From NCBI GenBank assembly GCA_963721305.1, contig CAVRIR010000002.1, forward strand, positions 420,067-484,066: a DNA stretch of 64,000 nt, in the 5' to 3' direction. The translations under genes and the position numbers were made by a program. This stretch comes from an uncultured Acidimicrobiia bacterium (lineage in GTDB: Bacteria > Actinomycetota > Acidimicrobiia > Acidimicrobiales > JACDCH01). The notes under the pieces were generated by a model. The model was not told the origin of the DNA and did no database searches. It was given only the letters and a program-made list of their open reading frames with translations. Below, one piece after another: positions 1-11,433 of this stretch; the first letter of the stretch is position 1; each line of letters starts with the position of its first letter.

Positions 1-502
1 TGTCGGCCCCCGCTTCGGCTTGCGCAACCGCGACACGGCCGTAGAGCTCGATCGTCGCGTCGTTGTCGACCACGGCGCCATCACCCCGCAGGTCGTCCAC
101 GAGCACGCCGCAGTGGCCGTGATCGGTGTACTCGTCGAGGCACAGATCCGCGAGCAGCACGAGGTCGTCGCCGATCTCCTCGCGCAGGTCCTGCAGCGCG
201 ACCTGGACGATGCCGTCGGGATCCCACGCGCCGGACCCTTCGGCATCCTTGTGCGCGGGGACACCGAACAGGATGACGCCCGGAATGCCGAGCGCAGCGA
301 GCTCGACGACCTCTTTACGCAGCGACTCGCGGGTGTGTTGCACGACGCCCGGCAGCGACGCGATCGGCTGTGGCTCGTCGATGCCTTCGCGCACGAACAA
401 CGGTGCGATCAGATCGTCGACCGAGAGCCGGGTCTCGGCCGTCATCCGCCGCAGTGCGGGAGTACGCCGAAGCCGCCGCAGCCGCCGCTGAGGGAATGCC
501 AT
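1..502 (-). CDS. hemB: Porphobilinogen synthase (ALA dehydratase), 5' part; runs off the window edge
   Basis: Manual translation MAFPQRRLRRLRRTPALRRMTAETRL...DLCLDEYTDHGHCG (Zn motif); last gene of the hem operon. Confidence 0.95.
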   Translation of the reverse strand, partial: MAFPQRRLRRLRRTPALRRMTAETRLSVDDLIAPLFVREGIDEPQPIASLPGVVQHTRESLRKEVVELAALGIPGVILFGVPAHKDAEGSGAWDPDGIVQVALQDLREEIGDDLVLLADLCLDEYTDHGHCGVLVDDLRGDGAVVDNDATIELYGRVAVAQAEAGAD

Positions 503-512
503 CGAAGAGAGG

Positions 513-1169
513 CTAACGGGCGAGGAGGGCGTCGAGATTTTCGATCTGCAGCTCGAGGAAGCTGCCCACGATGACATCTGCGGCAGACAGGTCAAGGCTT
601 TCGGTGAGGCGATTCGGCACCGCGACGCAACGCAGTCCCGCCGCTCGTGCCGCCGCGACACCGTTGGGCGAGTCCTCGAACGCGACCGCCTCCGCCGCGG
701 AGACACCGAGCTGTTCGACCGCGAGCCGGTACACCCGGGGGTCTGGTTTGGCGGGTACATCGCCGTTCGCGCACGAGACCACCGAGAACCGGTCGAGCAG
801 ACCCAGCCGATCGAGATGTTCGGTGACCCAGCCGGGCGACGAGCTCGACGCCACTCCGAGTCCGTAGCCGGCTTCCGCGGCCGCGACGACGAACGCGTCG
901 ACGCCGGGCATGGCGGCTTCTGCTCGTACCTGTTCGTGGTGCGCGCTGCGACGGCGCTCCATCACGGCGTCGAGATCCGGCAGCGCTCCGACCACCGCTT
1001 CGAGATCCGCGTACCACGGGCGCGCGTGCGTACCGATGCGATCCTGCCATTGAGCGACCGTCAGCTCGACGCCGTGGTCCGCGTAGATCGTCTTCGCCGT
1101 CTCGAACGAGCTCGATTCCGTGTCGCAGATCAACCCGTCGAAGTCGAAGACGAGGGCGCGAGCGATCAT
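513..1169 (-). CDS. HAD-family phosphatase (beta-PGM/CbbY-like)
   Basis: FDFDGLICDTE motif I, KPDP, FEDSPNG. Confidence 0.9.
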   Translation of the reverse strand: MIARALVFDFDGLICDTESSSFETAKTIYADHGVELTVAQWQDRIGTHARPWYADLEAVVGALPDLDAVMERRRSAHHEQVRAEAAMPGVDAFVVAAAEAGYGLGVASSSSPGWVTEHLDRLGLLDRFSVVSCANGDVPAKPDPRVYRLAVEQLGVSAAEAVAFEDSPNGVAAARAAGLRCVAVPNRLTESLDLSAADVIVGSFLELQIENLDALLAR

Positions 1170-1176
1170 GCGGCCG

Positions 1177-2064
1177 TCACGATGGGATCTCCGGAACATC
1201 GGCCGGGTTCATGCCGAAGTACTGACGAAGGAACAATGCGACCGTTCCGTCGTCGCGCATGTCACCGATGGCGTCGTTGAGCGCGGCCGTGTTCGGCGAG
1301 CCGAGCGCCAGCGCGCCCGCCAGCAGCTCGCCGGTGCGCAGCTGTCCCACGACCGCCAACCCGGGATGGCTCGCGGCCGCGGCCAGTGCGCTCGGCGTCT
1401 GGAGCAGCATCGCGTCGAGCCGTCCGTCGGCGACCCGCTGGATGCCTTCGTTCTCGTCGACCAACAGCTCCGGCGCGGCCGTCGGCTTGATGCGCTTGTC
1501 GATGACGTCGATGCCGGCGGTGTTCTTCATCGCGACACCCCAGCGGAACGAACGTCCGTCCGCGGTGCTCGTCATCGTCGTGCCCTGTCGGACGAGCACG
1601 CCCTGGTCGACCGTGAGGTAGGGCTCGGTCAGATCCGCGCGGCGGGCGCGGGCATCGGTCACGAGCACCTGGCTGAGCATGAGATCGCAACCGCAGTCCT
1701 CGCCGCTCAACAGCGACACGAGCGGCGTGACCACGACGCGAACCGACGCGACGCGCAACCGATCCGCCAGCGCCTTCGCGAGGTCGTACTCGAAGCCGCT
1801 GGTGACCGTCGCGGGCGAGGTACCGATGTACCACGGGGAAGACAGAGACTCGGTGCCGATGGTCAGCACTCCGGGAACCACCGTGAGGATGTCCTGGTTG
1901 GGTTCCGACTCGGGCGGCGGCAACGTCGTCGAGGTCGTCGGCGCCGAAGGATCGAGGGCGCCGACCGTCGTGGAGGTCGGGGCCGCATGCGACGTGCCGC
2001 TCGTGCACGCGGCGATCAACAGCACCACCAGCGCGAGCGCCGGCAGTCGTCGTGCCCGCGTCAT
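1177..2064 (-). CDS. ABC transporter substrate-binding lipoprotein, polar amino acid family 3
   Basis: Lipobox IAAC, GFEYDLAKALA, DLTEPYL; ATGA overlap with the cobA/hemD stop. Confidence 0.85.
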   Translation of the reverse strand: MTRARRLPALALVVLLIAACTSGTSHAAPTSTTVGALDPSAPTTSTTLPPPESEPNQDILTVVPGVLTIGTESLSSPWYIGTSPATVTSGFEYDLAKALADRLRVASVRVVVTPLVSLLSGEDCGCDLMLSQVLVTDARARRADLTEPYLTVDQGVLVRQGTTMTSTADGRSFRWGVAMKNTAGIDVIDKRIKPTAAPELLVDENEGIQRVADGRLDAMLLQTPSALAAAASHPGLAVVGQLRTGELLAGALALGSPNTAALNDAIGDMRDDGTVALFLRQYFGMNPADVPEIPS

Positions 2065-3530
2065 CCGTCTCCGAAATGGGTGACGATCGCGTCGACGAGG
2101 CCATCGAGCGAGTGGACGTGAGCCTCGATGTCGACGTGCAGTCCGCGGTCGCGTGCCGTTGCCGCGGTGACCGGACCGATGCACGCGACGACCGGTGGGA
2201 CATGGTCCGGTCCTGCGACTTCGAGATAGCGGTAGACGGTCGACGACGACGTGAACGTGATGAGGTCTGCAGACGCGGCCGCCGCGACTTCGTGCTCGTC
2301 AGGAGTCGCGGCGACGGTCTGGTAGGCGGCAACGACGTCGACGTTCCAGCCGCGTGCGCGCAGTCCCTCCGGAAGGACGTCGCGAGCGACCGCCGCGCGC
2401 GCCAAGAGCACGCGACCGGCGCGCTCAGAAGCAGGCGGGGGAAACTCGTCCAGCAGCGACTCCGCCACGAAACGACTCGGGACGAGATCGGGCTGCACGT
2501 TCGCGCGCTGCAGCGTCTCCGCGGTGCCCGGACCGATCACCGCGACACGGACGCCGCCGAGGTCGCGCGCGTCGCGCAACTCCTCGAGAAAGCGCTTCGC
2601 GCCATTGGCGGATGTGAGCACGACCCAGTCGTACTGCTGCACGCCGGCCGCGGCACGACGCAACGCCGCGCCGGCGTCCTCCGGGTCGGCGATGGCGATC
2701 GCGGGCAACTCGACGACCGACGCGCCGAGCGCTTCCAGCCGCGCGCTCAGTTCGGACGCCTGTTCACGTGCGCGCGTCACGACGATGCGCTTCCCGAACA
2801 ACGGACGGCGCTCGAACCAGGCGAGGTCGAGCGCGGCTACTTCGCCAATCACGATGGTCGCCGGCGGTTGCAGCGGCTGGTCGCCAATGGTTGCCAGCGT
2901 CGCACGAACGGTTCGTTGGTCGGGGCGCGTGCCCCACGTGATGGCCGCCACGGGCGTGTCGGGTGACTGCCCGCCCGCCACCAGACGCTCCGCGATCTGC
3001 CTGATGCGAGCAACACCCATGAGCACGACAAGGGTGCCGCCGACACGCGCCACGGCCGACCAGTCGACCGTTCCTTGCTCGCCGACCGAGGGATCTTCGT
3101 GGCCGGTCACCACCGTGAACGACGTCGACGAGTGCCGCAACGTCAGCGGGATACCTGCGTAGGCGGGGACGGCGATGGCCGAGGTGATGCCCGGTACCAC
3201 TTCGAACGGCACGCCCGCTTCGAGCAGCGCGCCCGCCTCCTCACCGCCGCGTGCGAACACGAACGGGTCGCCACCCTTCAGCCGTACGACGGTCTCACCT
3301 GCGTTGCCTCGCTCGATCAGCAACGCGTTGATGTCCGCCTGCGCCATCTCGGCGCGACCCGGCGCCTTGCCGACCGAGATGAGCTCGGCGTGCGCCGGCG
3401 CGAGCCGAAGAAGACTTCCGACCGAGAGGCGGTCGTACACCACGACATCGGCACGGCGCAGCACTTCGTCCCCACGAACCGTCAGCAACCCCGGATCGCC
3501 CGGACCCGCACCCACGAGGAACACGGTCAC
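2061..3530 (-). CDS. cobA/hemD: Uroporphyrinogen-III C-methyltransferase / uroporphyrinogen-III synthase fusion
   Basis: LVGAGPGDPGLLT, RLKGGDPFVFARGGEE; HemD C-terminal domain (FTSSSTV, CIGPVTA). Confidence 0.95.
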   Translation of the reverse strand: MTVFLVGAGPGDPGLLTVRGDEVLRRADVVVYDRLSVGSLLRLAPAHAELISVGKAPGRAEMAQADINALLIERGNAGETVVRLKGGDPFVFARGGEEAGALLEAGVPFEVVPGITSAIAVPAYAGIPLTLRHSSTSFTVVTGHEDPSVGEQGTVDWSAVARVGGTLVVLMGVARIRQIAERLVAGGQSPDTPVAAITWGTRPDQRTVRATLATIGDQPLQPPATIVIGEVAALDLAWFERRPLFGKRIVVTRAREQASELSARLEALGASVVELPAIAIADPEDAGAALRRAAAGVQQYDWVVLTSANGAKRFLEELRDARDLGGVRVAVIGPGTAETLQRANVQPDLVPSRFVAESLLDEFPPPASERAGRVLLARAAVARDVLPEGLRARGWNVDVVAAYQTVAATPDEHEVAAAASADLITFTSSSTVYRYLEVAGPDHVPPVVACIGPVTAATARDRGLHVDIEAHVHSLDGLVDAIVTHFGDG

Positions 3531-4417
3531 GCCGACAGCACTTCGCGCCCGCCGGCGTCGTCGAGCAGGTATGCGGCAACCGCCCGCCCCGTCGCCACTG
3601 GATCTGAGCCCGACGTGCGGTACCGCAGCACGACCCTGCCGTCGAGCGACGCGAGAAGTCCTTGCACCTCCACGGCGTCGTCGAGTGCGGTTGCGTACGC
3701 ACCGGCAGGAAGATCGCAGTCGCCGCCGAGCTCCGCGAGGAACGCGCGCTCGGCGTTCACGGCCCGGCGGCTCGCTCGATGCTCGATGCCCGCGAGCAGC
3801 TCGCGGGTCTCACCGTCATCCGAACGGCACTCGACCGCGAGCGCGCCCTGCGCGACCTGCGGCAGCATCACGTCCACCGCAAGGACCTCGGAGATCGCGT
3901 CGGCTCGTCCGAGACGCTCGAGCGCGACCGCGGCGACGACGATCGCGTCATGTTCGGCGGCGCGGTCGAGTCGGGTGGGAATGTTGCCGCGCAGCTCCGC
4001 GAAGGTCAGGTCCGGCCGGCGGTCGGCGAGCTGCGCGCGACGGCGCGCCGACCCCGTTGCGACACGCGCGCCGGGCGGTAGTTCGGCCAAGGTCGATCCC
4101 ACGAGCGCGTCGCGGACCTCGCCCCGTTCCGGTACGGCCGCGAGCGTGAGGCCTTCGAACTCGCTCGAGGGAAGATCCTTCGCGGAGTGCACCGCTATGT
4201 CGGCGCGACCGTCGAGCACCGCGGCCTGCACCTCCTTCACGAACACGCCTTTGCCGCCGATCTGCCAGATGGCGACGTCCTGCCGCCGGTCGCCCGTGGT
4301 GTCGACGACGACGAGCTCGACATCGACATCGGGCGTCGCGGCGCGGAGCAACGAGGCGACATGATCGGCTTGCCAGCGGGCCAGCGCGCTGCCGCGCGTT
4401 GCCACGCGAAGGGTCAA
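3527..4417 (-). CDS. hemC: Hydroxymethylbilane synthase
   Basis: ATRGSALARWQ, GKGVFVKE, VHSAKDLP, LRGNIPTRL. Confidence 0.97.
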   Translation of the reverse strand: MTLRVATRGSALARWQADHVASLLRAATPDVDVELVVVDTTGDRRQDVAIWQIGGKGVFVKEVQAAVLDGRADIAVHSAKDLPSSEFEGLTLAAVPERGEVRDALVGSTLAELPPGARVATGSARRRAQLADRRPDLTFAELRGNIPTRLDRAAEHDAIVVAAVALERLGRADAISEVLAVDVMLPQVAQGALAVECRSDDGETRELLAGIEHRASRRAVNAERAFLAELGGDCDLPAGAYATALDDAVEVQGLLASLDGRVVLRYRTSGSDPVATGRAVAAYLLDDAGGREVLSA

Positions 4418-5674
4418 AGGTCGAACAGGTCGCGCAGCGCGTCCGAGAGACGGTCGCCCTTTGCGGTGCCCGACGAATCCTTGAGCCGCACGGTCGGGTC
4501 GTGCAGCAACTTCGCGACGATGCCCTTCGTCACCGCCTCGACCGCGTCGCGCTGGGCGTCGTCGAGATCACCCAGCCGCGCGTCGAGGCGCGCGAGCTCC
4601 GCGACGCGGATCGACTCGGCGCGATCGCGCAACGCCGTGACGAGCGGTGCGGCCTCACGCGCCGTCGTGAGCGCGCGGTACCGAACGAGCTCTTCTTCGA
4701 TGACGAACCCGGCGCGCGCCGCCTCACGCCGGCGTTGCGCGACACCGGCATCGGCGAAGCTGCGCAGGTCGTCCATGTCGAGCAGCGTGACGCCGTCGAT
4801 GTCGCCGGCCGACGGGTCGACGTCGCGCGGCATCGCGATGTCGACGATCAGTAGCGGTCGCTCGTCCCGCCGCGCCATCGCCGTGTCGAGATCGGCATGC
4901 TCGAGCATGATCGTCGTCGCGCCGGTCGACGTGAGGAGGACGTCCGCCTGCGCCAGTTCGGCGGGCAGGTCGGTCAGGCGGATGGCCCTGCCGTCGAAGC
5001 GCTCCGCGAGCGCCTTCGCAGTGCTCCACGTCCGGTTGGCGACGACGACCTCGACGGTTCCGGCACCAGCGATGGCCACCGCCATGCCTTCGGCCATCTC
5101 GCCCGCCCCGAGCAGCAGGACGCGACGGCCGACCAGCGTGCCGAGCCGATCGGTCGCCATCGCGACTGCGGCCTGTGCCACCGATGTGATGCCCCGGCCG
5201 ATGCCGGTCTCGGTGCGCACTCGCTTGCCCACCTCGAGCGCATGGCGGAAAAGCAGGTTGAGCGTCGACGCGGTACTTCCTTGCGCGCGTGCGAGCTCCC
5301 ATGCGTCGCCGACCTGGCCGAGGATCTCGCTCTCACCCACCACCGCTGAGTCGAGCCCCGCCGCGACGGAGAACAGGTGCGTCACCGCGGCATCGTCGTA
5401 GTGCACGTACAGATGCCCGGCGAACTCGTCGGGAGGCAGGAACAACAGGTCCGTGAAGAAGTTGCGCACGTCTTCGTAGCCGGCGTGGAACCGTTCGGCG
5501 ACCGCGTACACCTCGGTGCGGTTGCACGTGGACAGGACCACGGCCTCGGACAGGTGTTGCTTCGCGGCGGAGATCGTGCAGGACCTTCGGGAGCCGTGCC
5601 TCGTCGATGGCAGTGCGCTCGAGCAGATCGAGCGGCGCAGTGCGGTGATTCAGTCCGATGACGACGACAGACAC
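4414..5674 (-). CDS. hemA: Glutamyl-tRNA reductase with an apparent 1-nt frameshift near 5569 (probable sequencing error)
   Basis: GLNHRTAP in ORF 5333..5674; LSTCNRTE, GESEILGQ, GAGEMA, DIAMPRDV in ORF 4414..5541. Confidence 0.93.
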
Positions 5675-6293
5675 GCCTCGAGGCGCTCCTTGGCTTCGGC
5701 AAGGTTTCCCTTGCGGATCAGCTCAAGCATTCCCGAATCGAGCGCCTGTTTCCAACCAGGGTGCTCCGTCGGCTCGCCGCGCGCGACCCGCTCGGCTCGC
5801 GCCTCGGCGAGCAGGGCCAGGAGCTGCTCGTACTCCGGGCCGATCTCGTCCTCGAAGTGCTCGCGCAGCCATGCGGCGAGCGCGGGGCTCTGACCGCCGG
5901 TCGCGAACGTCACCAGGAGCGACCCCCGACGGATCCGGGCGGGAAGAGTGAACGAGCAGTGCGCAGGATCGTCCGCCGCGTTGATCCACACCCCGGCGCG
6001 CCCGGCGTCGTCGAAGACCGCACCGTCGACGGCGGGATCCCCGGTGGCGGTGACGGCCAGGCGGTAGCCGGCGACCTCGCGGTTCTCGTAGGGGCGGCGC
6101 ACCAGCGAGATCCGCCCGCTCTCGGCGAGGTCGACCAACGCCGCGACCGGCTCGGGCGCGACCACGGTCACGTCCGCCTCCCCTTCGAGCAGCCCGTGCA
6201 CCTTGCCCAGCGCGACGCGCCCCCGCCCACCACGAGGCACCGGACGCCGTGCAGGCGGAGGTTGACGGGGTAGAGCGGTTCGTCGACCGGCAT
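5650..6293 (-). CDS. Precorrin-2 dehydrogenase / sirohydrochlorin ferrochelatase (CysG N-terminal/SirC); frameshift in a G run near 6220
   Basis: MPVDEPLYPVNL..CLVVGG[G]RVALGK, NAADDPAHCSFTLPA, TGGQSPALA; TGATG overlap with rex. Confidence 0.9.
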
Positions 6294-6997
6294 CAGTCCG
6301 CGAGGGCGATCGGCGGCGAGGGGTCGCCGTTCCCGCCTGCCGCGGGCAGAGCCGGCGCTGCGGAGCCCCGCCGCTGCTGGTGGAAGCTCAGGATCTGCAG
6401 CTCGACCGCCAGGTCGACCTTGCGCAGCGAGACGCCGGTCGGGACGGTCAGCACCGCAGGCGCGAAGTTCAGGATCGACGTCACGCCGGCGGCCACGAGC
6501 TTGTCCGCAACAGCCTGCGCCGCGACGGCCGGAGTGGCGACGATGCCGATGGCGATCTCGTTGGTCCGCACGATCTCGTCGAGCTCGGTCAGCGGCCGGA
6601 TCTCACTGCCGGCCACCCGCTGGCCGACCTTCTCGGGATCGGCGTCGACGAGCGCCACCACGTGGAAGCCGCTGGCGCCGAACCCGCCGTAGTTGGCGAG
6701 GGCGTGCCCGAGGTTGCCGATGCCGACGATGACCACGGGCCAGTGCTGGGTCAGACCGAGCTCGCGGCTCATCTGGAAGAGCAGGTACTCGACGTCGTAG
6801 CCGACACCCCGGGTCCCGTAGGAACCGAGGTACGACAGGTCCTTGCGGACCTTCGCGGCATTCACCCCGGCCAACTCGGCCAGCCGCTCGGACGACACGG
6901 TCGTGGAGTCGCCGGCGATCTCGAGCAGGCTGCGCAGGTAGACCGGCAGCCTGGCCACGGTCGCGTCCGGGATCCGTCGGCGTCCCCGCTCAGTCAT
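6293..6997 (-). CDS. rex: Redox-sensing transcriptional repressor Rex
   Basis: IPDATVARLPVYLR, KVRKDLSYLGSYGTRGVGY, GIGNLG, ILNFAP; upstream of hemA as in other actinobacteria. Confidence 0.97.
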   Translation of the reverse strand: MTERGRRRIPDATVARLPVYLRSLLEIAGDSTTVSSERLAELAGVNAAKVRKDLSYLGSYGTRGVGYDVEYLLFQMSRELGLTQHWPVVIVGIGNLGHALANYGGFGASGFHVVALVDADPEKVGQRVAGSEIRPLTELDEIVRTNEIAIGIVATPAVAAQAVADKLVAAGVTSILNFAPAVLTVPTGVSLRKVDLAVELQILSFHQQRRGSAAPALPAAGGNGDPSPPIALAD

Positions 6998-7016
6998 CGC
7001 GTGGATGGTACGGGTG

Positions 7017-7034
7017 AGATGCACAAGTTCACAA
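7017..7034. promoter_or_regulatory. Candidate Rex operator (autoregulation of rex-hem)
   Basis: AGATGCACAAGTTCACAA, 10/14 match to TTGTGAA-N4-TTCACAA with one perfect half-site, about 20 bp upstream of rex. Confidence 0.6.
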
Positions 7035-7056
7035 GGCTGGGCAGAATGGTCGCCCG

Positions 7057-7758
7057 ATGTACCTGCACCTCGCCCTCGCCGCGGCCGCGACACTGCTGGC
7101 GTTGGCGTTCGCGCTGTCCACGCTCGAACGGTGGATCGATCGGCGCAAACCGCACGAAGGGGCATGGACCGTCGCACTCTTCCTCTTCACCGCGGCATCG
7201 GCGGCCCTGTTGGGCGGCGAGGCGTTCGGTTGGAACGGCCTCTGGTTCCGGCTCTTCTACCTGTCCGGGGCGATCGTCAACGTGCCGTACCTCGCGCTCG
7301 GGACGGTGTACCTCCTCGCGTCGCCGACCGTGGGCAGGCGAACCGCGGCAGGGGTGCACGCGTTCGCGGCCTTCAGTGCAGGCGTGATCTGCGTCGCCCC
7401 GCTCACCGGTGCGATCGCGCCCGACTCGTTGCCGCAGGGCAGCGACGTGTTCGGACCGCTTCCCCGCATCCTCGCTGCAGTCGGATCGGGCGTTGCCGCC
7501 ACGGTGATCATCGCGGGCGCGGTGTGGAGCGCGGTCAGGCTTGCCCGTCGCCGGTCGACCCGGCGGCTCGCCGGCGCCAACGTCCTGATCGCCGCAGGCA
7601 CGCTCATCCTCGGCGCCGGAGGTGTCCTCAACTCGGTCCTCGACCAGATGAACGGCTTCGCCGTATCACTGGTCGTCGGGATCAGCGTCCTCTTCGCCGG
7701 CTTCCTGCTCACCAACGCCCCCCGTCGCCGCGCCATCCACGCCGTCGAAGCCGCCTGA
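7057..7758 (+). CDS. Multi-pass membrane protein of unknown function
   Basis: About 7 hydrophobic segments, GC-typical codon usage; divergent from rex. Confidence 0.8.
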   Translation: MYLHLALAAAATLLALAFALSTLERWIDRRKPHEGAWTVALFLFTAASAALLGGEAFGWNGLWFRLFYLSGAIVNVPYLALGTVYLLASPTVGRRTAAGVHAFAAFSAGVICVAPLTGAIAPDSLPQGSDVFGPLPRILAAVGSGVAATVIIAGAVWSAVRLARRRSTRRLAGANVLIAAGTLILGAGGVLNSVLDQMNGFAVSLVVGISVLFAGFLLTNAPRRRAIHAVEAA

Positions 7759-7824
7759 CCCGCTCCCCCCGACCCCGACCCGACCGCCCGACCCCGACCC
7801 GTCTCCGACCCCGACCCGGCCTCG

Positions 7825-7935
7825 TCACATTGATCGCTGAGCCACCGAATCGGTGGCCGGGCCTTCACAGAAGCCGCGGCCCGTCGTTCTGTGATCGCTC
7901 AGCCACCGAAATCGGTGGCTGAGACATCAATGTGA
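7825..7935. repeat. 111-bp multi-hairpin interspersed element, copy 1 (REP/MITE-like)
   Basis: Terminal inverted repeats TCACATTGAT/ATCAATGTGA, three internal hairpins; second copy at 58731-58840. Confidence 0.85.
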
Positions 7936-7961
7936 GCGAACGCGGCGGTCCGCCAGGGGGG

Positions 7962-9458
7962 CTACTGGAGGGTGCGGCGGAGGACCTTGCCCGTGGTGCC
8001 GACGGGGATCTCGTCGACGAACATGATCTTCTCGGGGCACTTGTACCGGGCGAGGCGTTCGGCGCAGAACGCGATCAGGTCGTCCTCCTCGACTGACGTC
8101 CCGTGCGCCACGACCACGTAGGCCTTCACCGCCTCGCCCGTGTACGGATGGGGCACGCCGATCACGCCGCACGCCTCGACGGCAGGATGCTCGAGCAACA
8201 CGTTCTCGACCTCGGCCGGGAACACGTTGAACCCGGACACGATGATCAGGTCCTTCACGCGGTCGACGAGGAACAGTTGGCCGTCGTCATCGACCACGGC
8301 GACATCGCCCGTGCGCAGCCAGCCATCGCCGCCGAGCGCCGCGGCCGTGGCGGCGTCGTCGTGCCAGTAGCCCGTGAACACGTTCGGTCCCGACACCCAG
8401 ATCTCGCCCGGATCGCCGATGAGAACGTCCTCGCCGTCGGAGTCGACGAGTCGCACGTGCACGCCCGGCAACGGCGCACCGATCGACCCGGGCTTCTCGT
8501 GGTCGCCGGCCGATGTCGTGACGACGGGCGATGCCTCGGTGAGTCCGTATCCCTCGGTGATCGTCACTGCGAACCGCTGCGCGAACGTCCCGCGCACCGA
8601 CAACGGCAGCTTCGCCGCGCCCGAGGCCGCGATGCGGACGGATGCGAACGCGTCGTCGGGAACGTCGGTGAGCGACGACCACGCCGTCCACATCGCCGGC
8701 GCGCCGGGGACGATCGTGACGCCGTGCCGTTGCACCGCTTCGAGCGCGGACGTCGGATCGAAGCGCTCGATGAGCACGACCCGTGATCCCGCGTACAGCG
8801 AGAGTCCCAGCACGACGTTGAGCCCGAAGATGTGGAACAGCGGGAGCACACCGAGGCTCACGTCGTCCGCGGTCTGCACGCGCAAGGGGTTCGCCTGCAT
8901 CTGCTCGATGTTCGAACGCAAGTTGCCGTGCGTGAGCATCGCCGCCTTCGGGAAGCCAGCGGTTCCGCTCGTGAACATGAGGACGGCAAGGTCGTCGTCA
9001 TCGCGTTCGACGATCGGCGCGGTCGCTCCTGTCGCGAGGAGGTCGTCGAGCATGACGCGTCCTGGCACGTCGACGTCCTGCGTGACGATGCAATGTTCGA
9101 GGTCGGGGAGCTTGTCTCGATCGAGCCGCGGCAACTGCGCCAGCACCGACGGACCCGCGACGATCGCACGTGCACCGACTGAGCCGAGCTCGGACTCCAG
9201 CTCGCGCGCCGGGCTCGTGGGGTTGAGCGGTACCGCAACGAGTCCCGCGCCGAGCGCGGCGAGGTAGGAGACGACGAAGTACCAGTTCGTACCGCACACG
9301 ATGCCGATGCGGTCGCCCTGTTGGAGGCCGAGTCCGGCTAGTCCAGCGCGGAGCGCGGCCGCCTGTTCACGCAACATCCCGTATGTGGTGGTGCGACCGC
9401 GGCTCACGAGTGCCACCGCGTCGTCGGGATGCGGATCGAGCACGGTGGCGAGGTTCAC
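7962..9458 (-). CDS. Long-chain acyl-CoA ligase (AMP-binding)
   Basis: FTSGTAGFPKAA, EGYGLTE, WLRTGD, DRVKDLII. Confidence 0.93.
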   Translation of the reverse strand: MNLATVLDPHPDDAVALVSRGRTTTYGMLREQAAALRAGLAGLGLQQGDRIGIVCGTNWYFVVSYLAALGAGLVAVPLNPTSPARELESELGSVGARAIVAGPSVLAQLPRLDRDKLPDLEHCIVTQDVDVPGRVMLDDLLATGATAPIVERDDDDLAVLMFTSGTAGFPKAAMLTHGNLRSNIEQMQANPLRVQTADDVSLGVLPLFHIFGLNVVLGLSLYAGSRVVLIERFDPTSALEAVQRHGVTIVPGAPAMWTAWSSLTDVPDDAFASVRIAASGAAKLPLSVRGTFAQRFAVTITEGYGLTEASPVVTTSAGDHEKPGSIGAPLPGVHVRLVDSDGEDVLIGDPGEIWVSGPNVFTGYWHDDAATAAALGGDGWLRTGDVAVVDDDGQLFLVDRVKDLIIVSGFNVFPAEVENVLLEHPAVEACGVIGVPHPYTGEAVKAYVVVAHGTSVEEDDLIAFCAERLARYKCPEKIMFVDEIPVGTTGKVLRRTLQ

Positions 9459-9613
9459 AGCGCGTCCTTCCGGGCGGTCACACGGGTTCCAACCGTCAAG
9501 GTGTCGAACGGGCAGGCCGATACTTCCCGCGAGATCGACGAGCGGGCAACCCGGCCGTCGGTATGCCGATCCTGGAGGGAACCCAACGGCGCTGCAGAGG
9601 TCAAACTGTCACC

Positions 9614-10583
<970 letters not shown>

Positions 10584-10591
<8 letters not shown>

Positions 10592-11414
10592 CAACGCGGT
10601 GCGCGAGCCGATCAACTGGACCGCCGTTCGCGCGGTGATGTCCAAGGACCTCGCAGCCATCCGCCGCTCGAAGGCCATCGTGCTGCCCATGGTCATCGTG
10701 CCGTTCCTGATGCTCGTCGTCCTGCCGTTGGTCATCGGCTTCGCAGCGCGGTCACAATCCCACTTCGACGTGTCGCGGTTCCTGTCGAACTTGCCCGGCG
10801 ACATCGCGAAGCCGATCCTCCGGCTACCGGTCCGTCAACAGCTCATCGTGTTGGTCAACGGTTACTTGCTTGCGCCGCTCTTCCTCATCGTCCCGCTCAT
10901 GGTCTCGGCGGTCGTCGCCGCGGACGCCTTTGCCGGCGAGAAGGAGCGCAGGACGCTCGAGACCTTGTTGCACCTGCCCATCGGCGAGCGTGATCTGTTC
11001 ATCGCGAAGCTCCTGACGGCGTTCATTCCCGCCGTGCTGCTGTCGTGGCTCGGATTCGTGTGCTTCGCGCTCGTCACCAACACCGTCGCGTGGCCTGTGA
11101 TGCACCGCGTCTTCGTGCCGACGCGGCTGTGGCTCGTGATGATCTTCTGGGTCGCGCCCGGCGTCGCTGCGCTGGGACTCGGGATCATGGTGCGAGTCTC
11201 AGCTCGCGCCCGCACCTCGCAAGAGGCGAACCAGCTCGGTGGCGCGGTCATCCTCCCACTCGTCTTCCTCGCGGTCGGGCAAGCGACCGGCCTGCTGCTC
11301 GTCGAGCTACAGGTCGCGGTCGCGATCGGCGCGTTCGTGTGGCTCATCGCCATCCTCCTGTGCGTTCGCGGCGCGCACCGCTTCACGCGCGATCGGCTCG
11401 CCGAGCGCTTGTGA
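10584..11414 (+). CDS. ABC-2 type permease
   Basis: AGEKERRTLETLL motif, about 6 TM segments. Confidence 0.9.
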
Positions 11415-11433
11415 CACGCGCGTCGAAGCGCGG

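Noticed and set aside
4414-6293. Programmed frameshifting or pseudogenisation of hemA and cysG'
   Set aside because: Single-base indels in short runs occur in many unrelated genes (hemA, cysG', M48, tlpA, MMPL, ctaA, amine oxidase) and increase toward the window end; sequencing error is the simplest explanation.
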